From the NCBI RefSeq assembly GCF_018977255.1, contig NW_024704743.1, forward strand, positions 67,334,001-67,398,000: 64,000 nucleotides of DNA, read 5' to 3'. This document shows positions 50,701-62,339 of this stretch, piece by piece. The translations under genes and the position numbers were made by a program. This DNA is from Callorhinchus milii (Eukaryota). The notes beneath the pieces are model-generated. The model had not been told where the DNA came from, did not search any database, and saw only the letters and a program-made list of their open reading frames with translations. Every line of letters starts with the position of its first letter. The stretch's first letter is position 1.

Positions 50701-52869
50701 TATTTTATAATCAGAAACAACTAAACCCAATTGTTGTTGCAAAAAAGCATCAAGTAGCAACTTTCCTCTACATAATCCCACTTCTATGTTTATTTTCCAA
50801 AGGCAACATTTATATATTTGAAATAAGACTAATTGTAAGAGCACTCAACAATGAATGGACTAAGCTGAAAAAAAAGATTCCTCAAACATCCTGAAAGCCA
50901 CTTAGAAATAGACACCTCTTATATTTGACACATGTTGAAAACCCAACTGGTTACAACAATAATTACTCTACAATACATCTCCCCCATTCACATACAAGCA
51001 TTCTACTGCTTCTCAACAGTACCTGACATCTTTTCTCCATTTACTGGTAAAATACAACATGTTTAGTACATCATTTGCAACATTTACAAATAATTCAGAT
51101 TTTCCTTTCCGATTGATGTTTAATCATCATCCTGTTTCTCTGTTCTTTTTATCCACATGTTGTCAGTGGCTCGTGTGATTGCAGACAGAAACCAGGATAT
51201 ATCCCCAGAGGGTAATTAATGACTGGAACAGATTGCCAGGAAGGGTGTTACAGCTCAGTGATGGAAATGGGCTGAAGAACCTTCTTCATCCAAACAATGC
51301 AACAGATACCCAACACTGCATTGGAGTGTCAGCCTATACTTTGTGAGCTCAAGTCCTGATGTGGGGCTTGAACCCACAACCTTCTGACCCAGAGGTGAGA
51401 GTGCTACCATTGAGCCAAGTTGACACACACATTTATATAGACAAGTGACAACATATGGGGAGGACTCTCACATGTATAAACCTATAAGTGCAATGGATCT
51501 CTCTCATGTTCCAGATTGAAACATGTAATTGAAAGTGTAACAAAGGGATATCACAGTAGGGGGACAGAAATTTGATATTTTTTATTTCCCCAAAAGATAC
51601 CTATGGTACTTTATATAACATTTCCAAAGCACTCCATCAGACAGGGAGCATCTTGTATAAATATCTGTCATTCAGTAAAGTACATGGCACATAACTGCTA
51701 TGTTTAATGAAACAGATAAATGATTCAAACAGAATACTTCCTGGAGGGTAATTTAGTATGATATTAATTTCCACTTGTGACACTGACCACAAGTCTCATT
51801 TTGTTATTTCTGAGTTAAACAACCTCTTCACTCAAGTAAGCAAAATCTAATATCACACCTCCGTGAAGCAGCCACTGAATAATTTCAACAGCTCACACTA
51901 GTGTATTGCCAGGTTACAGTGAAAAAATCTGCAGAGGAAACTAGGGAAGGTCTAACATTTCTACCACCTGGATTTCTCCCTGTTCACTATGAAATATGAC
52001 ATTCTTTTATGAGTGTTAAAATGTGACAATTCACAAGGCTGCAGGCCTCATGCATTATAATGATCTCCTGTATGAGTGACAGAATGCTACTTATCCAATT
52101 TCTCAGTGGGTGAAGTCACAGTAGGTTGTGGTACTGAGCCACATACACCCAGAAGGAACAAGGGTGGGTTGCCTGATCTGCTGAGTTAGTTGATCTCAAC
52201 CAGGCTATCTTTGGGTGATATTAATGGGCTGAGTGATTCTAAAGACTGGGAAGGGGGAATGATTCAAGAGATTTGTGCAGATACCAGAGGCCCAAGATCC
52301 TATAAATAATAATAATTTGGTCGCTCAATCTACAATTGTTTATTGGACACTGCTGTGTGCAATTGGCTGCAGTATTTCACCCACAACCATACAGTCAAGT
52401 TATTTTATGCTTTGAGACATCCGGAAGATGTGAAAAACGCTACATCAAATGCAAGGATTATTATGCTATCCAATATTGTTAAGTACTATGAGAAGTCCTC
52501 CAAATGTGAAAGGCTCCATATAACCATAAATTGTATCGTATTGTAAGATCACAGTCTTAAGACCGAACTGCCCTTAACATTCTTGGATAACTCTTAAATT
52601 CTTTTTAAGAACTGAAGAAATGATGCTTCAAATTAACTGCACAACTGCAATTTTTAAGGGAATTATCTTAAAACTTGGCCCAGGAGATCATTCAGGCTTC
52701 AGCAGGTGAGGGCAGTTTAGGATTATAGCTGTGATGTTCCCTACAGTCAAAGAAGTTGCCAATATTCATGTAAAGCAGCCATTTGGACAAAGGTGTGAAG
52801 GATTGCTGCTGCCTATGGAAATGCACTTTAGCATGAGTGAGAGGAAAGAACACAAATCTTTGATCTCTC

Positions 52870-53125
52870 CACCAGAGTAGCGTTTCAGAGCACTTAACAT
52901 TAGCTGAGCCTGACACCGAGCAGAGAGGGGTGGCAGGAATGGTGTCCGTAAGCATGAGGAAGGTTTTCAGGTGGGACTTGAAAAAGGGGAGGGAGGGGGC
53001 AAGGTGAAGGGATTGAGGGAGAGTGTTCCAGAGTTTTGGGGCGTGGTGGCTGAAGTGCCAGGGAGTGAATTGATTTGAACACGAGTGTGAGGATCTCAAA
53101 GTTGATCCGTTCGGTGATGGGGAGC
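52870..53125 (-). mobile_element. L2 3' fragment, internally deleted
   Basis: WLPITERINFEILTLVFKSIHSL joined directly to FSHHAPKLWNTLP. Confidence 0.82.
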
Positions 53126-53428
53126 CAAACAGCACTATATAAATACAAGTTTTTGTTCTTGTTGTTAAATTTACAATTACTGGTGAAACATTCAGTTCAT
53201 TCTGTCAACATAAAGATCACGAAAGAGCCTTGGGCACATCAGCAAATGATCTCTGGGTGCCATACTTTTTCAAGACGAAAGGTTTTTATCCACACCTTTT
53301 TAAGGTTCATTTGGGAATTTGTGTATTGGAGAACAAATCTTGTTATCTTGTGAAATTGCCAATTGTGATCACGGAATGAAGATAGAGCAAATGACAATGT
53401 TAAACATAGTAATGGGGAGTCTACTCAC

Positions 53429-53585
53429 CACTGTTTGTAATCTGCATCACAGTTGCAATAGCGCTTTGGATTAGTGCAGTTTCGTTCAATGCCACAAGCA
53501 CATTTCTGTATTCCGGGTCCGGAACCTCCCCAGTAATAGTGCTTTTCATTGCCTCTTCCTATCCACCAGGTATATGGATTGCCAT
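53429..53585 (-). CDS. cntnap2: Contactin-associated protein-like 2, internal coding exon (equivalent to human exon 14; fibrinogen-like region)
   Basis: Minus strand reads tcgctctgtttgtag|ATGGCAATCC...AAACAGTG|gtgagt; 157 nt. Translates to (D)[51 protein letters not shown](W), nearly identical to recalled human CNTNAP2 [53 protein letters not shown]. Confidence 0.97.
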
Positions 53586-55074
53586 CTACAAACAGAGCGA
53601 GGCAGATGCATCAAATAAATGTCAGTAATAAACTGCAGAAACGTCCAATCCTATAATCCAACAATGATTGAGATGGCAATAACCTGGCATAAATTTGAGA
53701 TTACTATTGGCATAAAAAGGAAGGTTAGAGTTTTATTTAACACAGACATATTGAGGTGTGGAATATATTACCAAAAGTAACTAATGAAGCTGACATTTAT
53801 TAGGCAGATAAATATTTGAAGATGAATAAATACCACGTGAGCTGCATTCAACAGGATTCACTCGCAATTTAAAATATCTTATTCTATTTTTGTATGGATC
53901 ACTAGGGAAGCCATATTTGGAATACTGTTTGCATTTGTGTGTGCACTACAATCTTCAATGCACCAGGAATTGCTCTTTGAACCATACGTTTGTTTCATCT
54001 TTAATGTGAATAAATACATTCAGGTGGACCAGTAAGTGCCGAGGAAGATTGCTACAACATACAAGGTGCATCAAGGTAAAACCATTGCTGTTGATGCATT
54101 AGAAGCATTAGTATGGAAACTTCCTTTCTCAAGTTCTCAAGGTTCTTGGTTTCACAATCATGTGACATCTCTTTAGATTTTGTGTGAGGAAACTTAATTT
54201 AAAATAGCTTTTAAACAGTACATTTAAAACATATATTTTTGCGGGGATTGGAGCTGGAAGAAATTTTAAATCAAAATCCTGTCTGCTCATTCAGGTGGGG
54301 GTTAAAGATCTCATGACATGTTTTGGAGCATCTCAGCTACAAACCTGATAAATAAACAAACTTGAAGTTTCTTGTGCACAGCCCAGTGTGAAATTTCCCT
54401 TATCACTATTCTATTAACATGTGTTAGCCTTGAATAATCCTTTAATCCTTTCAAATCTGTCCTGCAACCTTTCAACTGTGATGTTTTTCCCATCCTTATT
54501 TCGCTTCCCGGCTATACCTCAGTCTGCATTTTCCTTGATTTTCTCTGTACGTTGAGTTGTCTTTTGACCATCTTTTTTTCCCTACAAACTCACTGAATGT
54601 CACTGCACACTTAATAACACTGGCGTATCTGTCAGATAAACCAAGTTATAAGGATGGCTCTAAAGTAAAATAAAGAGCCATGGAGCAGTCATGCACATTT
54701 TCTGACTCACTGAATTTAACAAAGGGTCTGAGTGACAGCTTCATTTCCCTTTGGAAGAGGACACCCTGAGACCACACGCCAGTGTTTGTGTAAAGCATTA
54801 TTCTTGTCAGGACTCATGGCTCTTGCCACTGATATGAAATAAGTGCCACCAACATTCTACTCTCTCTGCTGAGACTATGGGAAATCAACCAATAAAATCT
54901 GTCTGCCTCTCTTCAAATCTTTCAACCACTTTCAAAAGCAGCAGACGCTTTTTTTTAATTTAAAAATAATGAAAGGTGAAAATAAAATTTCTCCTCAATC
55001 GGACTGACGTGAACAACAGTCCTATCTTCACCACAACGTATAACACATCACTGTTTTACAATACACCATACAAT

Positions 55075-55632
55075 ATATTTGTAAAGCGCCTTTCACGTCA
55101 GGGCTTAGGACCCGAGCAGGGTGTTTGGGATCAGGGAGGGTGGAGGGCAGAGAGGGTAGGAGGGTGTCCGAAGGCACGGCAAAGAGGAGGGTCTTGGGGC
55201 GTGCTTTGAAGGAGACAAGGGAGGGAGCAAGGTGAAGGGAATGTGGGATGGAGTTCCAGAGGGTGGGGGCAGAGAGGCTGAAGGCCTGACCGCCAATCGT
55301 GGGGTGGGCCGGGCGGGGGACATGGAGCAGGCCGGAGCCTGCTGAACGGGGGGAGCGGACAGGTTGGTAAAGGGTCAGCAGGTCAGAGAGGTAGGAGTGG
55401 GCAACGCCATGGAGGGCCTTGAAAGTAAGGATTTTAAATTCTATCCTCTGAGGGATGGGGAGCCAGTGGAGCCGGGCGAGGGTTGGTATAACGGGGTCAC
55501 GGAGCCTGGTGCAGGAGAGGACACGAGCTGCAGAGTTCTGGATGACCTGCAACTTGTGGAGGGAAGAGTTGGGAAGGCCGACAAACAGGGCGTTGGCATA
55601 GTCGAGTCTGGTTGTAATGAAGGCTTGGACCG
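55075..55632 (-). mobile_element. L2 LINE 3' fragment
   Basis: ORF 55028-55654: QAFITTRLDYANALF...LHWLPIPQRIEFKIL...APTLWNSIP. Confidence 0.92.
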
Positions 55633-56639
55633 AATGTAGTGATATCAATACCAAACAGTTATGTGCCGTGCAGTACCAAGTAACAACTCATAATAAAGTA
55701 TCCAGACAATTTCAACTATATATGTGTTATTTCTTTTCTTTCACATGAGAATGAGACATAATAATTGTCCTTTTTATCTTCACACCTCCCAGGTCCCCAA
55801 CCCCATTTCTCAGTTATTAAGCAGTGCAATTACATGGAAAGACTGTTTGATGGTAAATGTTCTGATACAGTACATAGCCTCATTTCTTCAGCAGCATAAG
55901 AAAACCGCTGGCCATCTTGTCGAGGAAGGTTTTATCATGTTTATCCATTTCAAAAGAAATCGGCCATTAAAAAAAGATATTTATATGATAATACGCATTG
56001 TATCACCTTGCAGAATACAAATTTATGTCAATCACTCATTTCCACATAATTCTTCCCTGGGAAGGGGGGAGGTGAGTGAGGTCTCCCTGGAGCTGAGCTG
56101 ATTTCATACTTGGCAATGGAATGTCAGAATTGATCCAGTCCTCTGTAGCGGTCTTGGTAGTCTGGTTCCTGAGTCAGATGTGTCTGCATTATTCCAGGGC
56201 ACTGCTGATAACAGCACAATCTGGCTCATCAGCAGAACCTGGAGATCTGCTGTAATTATTATTACACAATTATTTTCTTTCTTTTGATAGTGGCCCAATA
56301 TTTGTTTATATCCAGGTCAAAGCCTTAGCAGGTAGGGTGGTTCTAGCTGGACAAGCAACAGAAAGCTTGCCGGACACTGCGCTCAATGTGAAGCTATGCA
56401 ACTTTAGCTGATTAAATTCCAGGAGTACCACAATGCAGAATCTGGCGTCCCTAAGCCTTGGCTCTTGCCAATCTATGCTTAATATTCTCCAGAATGAGAT
56501 ATGTAGGGTGTGAACTTCCAGAGAGAGAGCCCATTCCATTCTGATATATGGAATGGGATTCTGCATATCAGACGTCTGGCTGACCAAAAAGACCTTTACT
56601 TCCAGCTGCTTCTCAAACTAACTTCATTGGCTCCCTGGT

Positions 56640-56712
56640 AACATAACATAACATAACGTAACATAACGTAACATAACATAACATAACATAACATAACATA
56701 ACATAACATAAC
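56640..56712. repeat. (ACATA)n microsatellite forming the CR1 3' tail
   Basis: About 14 units with ACGTA variants, directly abutting the CR1 3'UTR. Confidence 0.92.
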
Positions 56713-58240
56713 GTGCGGGAGCAGGAGTAGGCCATTCGTCCCTTCGAGCCTGCCCCGCCATTCAATCATGGCTGATCTTCTAATCTAACTCCAGCTAATA
56801 ACCTGACTCTGCCTTATCCCCATATCCCTTAATACCTTTTGCAATAAGAAATCTATCTCAGTCTTGAATATGTTCAAGGACTGAGAGTCAACAGCCCTTT
56901 AGGGTAGTGAGTTCCATACATTCACTACCCTTTGAGTGAAGAAGTTCTTCCTCAACTCAGTGCAAAAGGGCTGACCTCCGATTTTAAGGTTGTGACCCGT
57001 GGTTTTAGTTTCTTCAACCAGAGGAAACAATCTCCCACTATCTACTCTATCGTGCCCTTTGATGATCTTATAGGTTTCTATAAGATCCCCTCTAATTCTT
57101 CTATATTCTAGAGAATATAGGCCCAAATTGGTCAGCCTATCCTCGTAACTCATCGCCTTCATCCCTGGTACTAACCTCGTAAATCTACGCTGCACCCCCT
57201 CCAAGGCAAGTACATCCTTCTTTAAATAAGGAGACCAAAACTGTAAACTGTCACTCTGGACGCTAACACATTCCAATTTCTCCCCTTCTAAAAAATAACC
57301 TGCTCTACTGCTTTTGCTACCTAGGTGGATGACTTCGCACTTCCCTACATTATATTTCATCTGCCACCTACCTGCCCAATCACCTAACCTATCTATGTCT
57401 CGTTGCATTTTTTTGATGTCATCCTCTGTGTTGACACTTCCTCCTAGTTTTGTGTGAATTTAGATATGTTAACTTCGATGTCCTCATCTAGATCGTTGAT
57501 GTAAATGGTAAATAGCTGAGGCCCAAGGACTAATCCTTGTGGCACTCCACTAGTCACATCCCACCAATCTGAAAAGGACCCGTTTATTCCTACTCTTTGT
57601 TTCCTACCCATTAACCATTCCCCAATCCACGTTAATATGCTCCTCCAATTCCATGGCCCCTTATCTTTTGACTAACCTTTTATGCGGCACCTTATCACCC
57701 ACTATTATCGCTTTACTTTTCCCACATGCTCCATTGATTTCTTGATTAATACCTTATGCTATATTGTGATCACTGTTTGGGGGTCTATAAACCACTCCCA
57801 TTAATATTTTCGGCTCTTTATTATTTTTTATTTCCTCCCATATTGTTCTCGACCTCCTGGTCATCGGATTTCAGATCCTTCCTCTCCACTGCTTTTATTT
57901 CATCCCTAATTAACAGGGCTACCCCCCCACCTCGTTTCCCACAGTGCCTATCTTTCCTGTAAACTGAGAACCCTGGAATATTTAACTCCCACCCTAGATC
58001 TCCTTGTAACCATGTTTCAGTGATGGCTACTAGATCGTACCCATATGTGTCTATCTGTGCTTTTAATTCATCAGTTTTATTCTGAATGCTTTGCACATTC
58101 AGATATAACATTTTTAATTTCCTACCATTTCCTCTACTCTCTGATTCCTTATCTACTTTGCCAAGCTTCTTACCCCTAGTTAACATATTCCTATTATCTG
58201 GCATGCTATTCTGCACTGTCATCTTTACTTTTTCCTATGC
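56713..58240 (-). mobile_element. CR1 LINE ORF2 with multiple internal deletions (EN N-terminus fused to RT C-half)
   Basis: APE endonuclease motifs (YLNVQSI, DLVAITETWL, RGGGVALLI, VYRPP, IIVGD) joined to RT KVPHKRL. Includes [10 protein letters not shown]; the FADD motif is deleted. Confidence 0.93.
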
Positions 58241-59717
58241 AACTACCTTTTTTCATTGAACTGATGGATAAAGATGAAAGAAATGCAGTTCATTATTTCA
58301 TTTAATGCTCAATATTGCATGTAATACTCTTCAAATATATTTCATTATTAATTATTATTACACAATTATTTTCTTTCTTTTGATAGTGGTTAAGTATTTG
58401 TCTATATCCAGGTCAAAACTTAGGAAATGACCACCCATTCCATACTTCTGAGGTATAATTACAAAGGTGGTTACAACACAAAAACAAGCCATTTGGCCCA
58501 ACTGGTCCACGGTAGTCTTCATACCACTTCATACTACAGCCTCCTAATTCCCTCTTCCAAGCCGCTGGGAGAAATTCCATTCTCTTCAAATAGTGGGGAT
58601 CTTTAATGCCCACCTGAATAGCAGAAAGGACATCAGTTTAATGTCTCATCCAAAAGATGAGACCTTCAACAATTATCAGCATTATATTGGAGCCTACAAT
58701 CCATTCAAAGTACTGATGTGCGGTTTGAACCCACAATCTTCTGACTCAAAGACGAGAGTGCAACCAACTAAGCCAAGCTGACATGAATTAATTCTCCATA
58801 AAAGAACAATAAAAACAACCACAGAATTGCTGCCTCCAAGATTTCTACATTCGAAGAACATTGCTTCCCTCAATTATTCCTCCAAGGGAGAGTATTGTTT
58901 TGAAGCAATTCAAATTTCAAGTCTTTTGGATCATTGCATTTGTTTGTTGCAGAACCATTTTCAGTTGGATAAAATAATCTGCAGGTTGAACCACTGAAAT
59001 GAATAAATATATAAAATTGCTAATGCTTTCTCCACCCCTCAAAAATGAAAAGAACACGTTCCACTTAATTTATTTGCTCTATGTGCTCCTCTTAATGAAT
59101 TTGTTGCTAAGAGACATTCTTTTGGAAATTTGTCCTTGAGTGCTAAGAAATAACTGCGATGTAATTTGGGTTATAAATATAATTGCACTATGAATCATGG
59201 GATTACAGAAATTCCAGCACAGAAAGAGGCCATTTGACTCACTGCGTTAGCTCTATCGACTCTGATCTATGTTCTCTGTACTTTCACGATACCCTTTCCC
59301 TCCCCATTCCTCTTAGCTCATCCAACTCTGCCAATGTGAAGCACTCCGAAATGTTATCCGACATGAAGTGAACTCGCAACCACTTTCTGTCTGCCTCACC
59401 TTCTCTCTCTTTCTTTAAATCCCACCTTAAAATCTTTGACTGCTTCCACAGTCTCCTTCCTCCTGTTCTCTTGCTCGACATACAACCCTGACACTGTGAA
59501 GCACTCCAAGGCATTTTCCTATGTGAAGTTCACTATATGAATACAAGTTGTTGTACTACAATTATCTTGAAGTGCATGGGGACAAATGTGAAATTCAACA
59601 AAGAAGCAAGAATCCTCCTTATTTTAAGTTTTATACAATAATAACCATTACATTTGATATAGCACCTTTCATAACAGGAGGACACCTCAAAGCATGATAA
59701 AGTGTAGTGACTCCGTA

Positions 59718-60033
59718 TAATAATAATAATAATCCTTGCATTTGATATAGCTCACGTCAGGAGGATGTCCCAAAGCGCTTCACAGAACACACTGTAAAGT
59801 GAATTGACTGTATATTTGTGGGCAAACGCGGCAGCCAATTGCGCACAGCAATGTCCCACAAACAGTCGTGGATTGAAAATGACCAATTTATTATTGTTTT
59901 TGGTTTTGGAGGGATTATTATTAGGCTCTGTGTGGAGTAAGGAAACTTGCCCAAGGTTTCCCCCTGCCTGGAATTGAACTCAGGTCTCTCGCTTGCAAAG
60001 CGAGTGCTCTAACCACTGAGCTAAAGGACTCCA
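59718..60033 (-). mobile_element. Young family-B SINE nested in an older Deu SINE (~59640-60290)
   Basis: Near-identical to the 32675 copy; host Deu core at 60170-60240. Confidence 0.9.
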
Positions 60034-61479
60034 CGGTGTATGGTGTGGGTGCACGGAGCAGGGCAGTTTGCACACATCATTGTCCTACAAACAACTATGC
60101 AATGAATGGCCATTTAGTTTGGAGAACTTTTGGCCAAAACACCTGGAAAAACTCCCTTCTCTTTTCATATAGTACCATGGGATCTTTAATGTTCACCTGA
60201 ACAGGCAAATGGGACCTCGGTTTCATGTTTCATCTAAAGAGTGTCATTTCCAGCAATAGAGTGCACCCTTAACACTGCATTCAATTATAAGAATAGATTA
60301 TGAGTTCTAAATTTACTTTTTTTTATTTCTCCAACAGCTTCTCTTCTCATCCACTCAGGGTCATCCGTGATGGTTTACCCAGGGCTTTATCCTTGGTCTG
60401 CTCCTCTTTCTTATCTATTTACTACCTTGGCTACAACTCCCCATCTTACCACCATCAAAAAGCCTGCTGAGATTCACTGTCAAAACTCAGATGAATAACA
60501 GCAACTTGAACTAAGTATCAGATGATAACTAATTCGCAATTGGTGAACCAATAATTAATACCTCTAGAAATTGAGGGGATGGGAACAAATTTGTGAGAAA
60601 ATAAATTCTTTGTCCTTTTCCCCAATATTTATTGAATAAGAAACTCATTTCAGCTAACATGCAATAAATTTCACCATGGGTTTGTTACATTATAAATCGT
60701 CTATATCCTCCCCTACAATCTCTTGTTGAAGTAAAGTGATGATGCAAAGTCAAATGAAAAACAACTATTTTGAACATCATAAATTAATGTTTTGTTGATC
60801 AACTGCCACACACAGAAACACATCACAATGCTTGAGTATCCAAAACAGATTGAGAGCACCTTTCAGCCAAGATAGCATTCTTGGAGCTGATATTTATGCA
60901 ATCTGTGCACAGATGGAATAAATGGAATACGCACTGTCAACTCGGAGGGAATTTGCTAACCTAATTCCAGAAAGTATCAGACACGTGTTGTTGCAATCCT
61001 AGCATGAGCGATGGGGTACTGCTTGAGTTTAACCAGCTAAAACCCCATAGCAGGGAGAGAGCATGCACTCTGTTACAGACAAAGGGAAATCCTCAAACTC
61101 GACAAATACCTCAAGAAGAGGTATAGGGAAAGGCCAGGTAAATGGGACTGAAAGGATTCCTCTTGAGGGAGCTGGCATCCTTCAGCCAGGATAGCATTCT
61201 TAGAGCTGAGGTCTGTGTAGTGCGGGGTTGGATACCAGGCAAGTTGTAACAATATGGTGCATGTGAGGTTTAATTTGTATTCTATTCTCATCATGGTAGG
61301 CTTTAGGATCCTCTGGATGTCTGGCCATAGCATCAGATAAGAAATCAGGTCAAAAGCACCAAAATCCAAATAAGGAAATAAAAAGGAATGGATGGAGCTG
61401 ATTAAGATAATGAATTAACTCAATTAAAAATCAGGCCACAGTTCAGCTGAGTATTATTCCAACAATTGGCCGAAATAAT

Positions 61480-61885
61480 AAAATCATCCTTACATTTGAT
61501 ATAATGTATTTCACATCTGGAAAACATTTCAAAGTGCTTAACAGGATTTACAGTGAAGTGTAGTGACTGCGTGTTTTTGTAGGTGAACGCAACAGCCAAT
61601 TTGTGCATAACAATGTCCTACAAACAGCAAATAAAGTGTATGACCAATTTTATGACCACATAAACTCTATTTTCTTTTCAAACAGTGTGATGAGATCTTT
61701 AATGTCTACATGGATAGGCACACTGGACCTCGGAATAACGTCTCATCCAAAGTTGGCACCTTCAACAATGCAAAGCTTTGTAATGGAGTATCATCCTAGA
61801 CTATGTGAGTTCAACATCCTGATTTAGGGCTTGAACCCACAACCTTCTGACTAACAAAAGTGCTACCTACTGATCCAGGCTGACA
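61480..61885 (-). mobile_element. Deu-domain SINE (family A)
   Basis: Tail, Deu core and head GGGCTTGAACCCACAACCTTCTGACT (reverse complement). Confidence 0.78.
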
Positions 61886-62339
61886 CCCTTAAAGGAGAAG
61901 GAGAATACGTGTTGGTTTGAAGGAGGTGACGCAAATGAGGAAACTAAAAAAAGGAATCACCAACTGAGAAAGCGAGAGAAACCAAACAGATCAAGTAGCC
62001 AAGGCTGAAAAGAAGCCCGAATAAAGACGACAGATAAAGTGAAGCCTGAGGGAAGAATTCGCAAACATATCTGATTAGATTGGATGGCTGGCTGGTGTGG
62101 AATAGAAAGAATACAAGATGAAAAATAATAATCTGGATCATGCAAAAATAGATTTGAAGTACTAAAACAAAATTGATGCAAAGTTTTGAGGTAAAATATA
62201 TTATTATTATTTAAATATATGAAAACATAAGAAAAAACAACACTAATAAGCATTTATATCACATCCTTTATGTAGGATAACCTCTTGGAGGGCACGCAAA
62301 GCTTGGAACCAGAGAGGAGATCAAGCTCACTCACACCAA

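Larger units (their letters stand above)
48671..53428 (-). other. cntnap2: cntnap2 intron (phase 2, GT-AG, 4758 bp) between the two exons
   Basis: Bounded by a gtgagt donor (53423-53428) and a ttcag acceptor (48671-48675); the reading frame is continuous across the junction. Confidence 0.93.
56253..58423 (+). repeat. Local direct duplication: ~75 bp at 56253-56328 and 58349-58423
   Basis: 41 identical nt (TAATTATTATTACACAATTATTTTCTTTCTTTTGATAGTGG) followed by near-identical TATTTGT.TATATCCAGGTCAAA. Confidence 0.88.
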
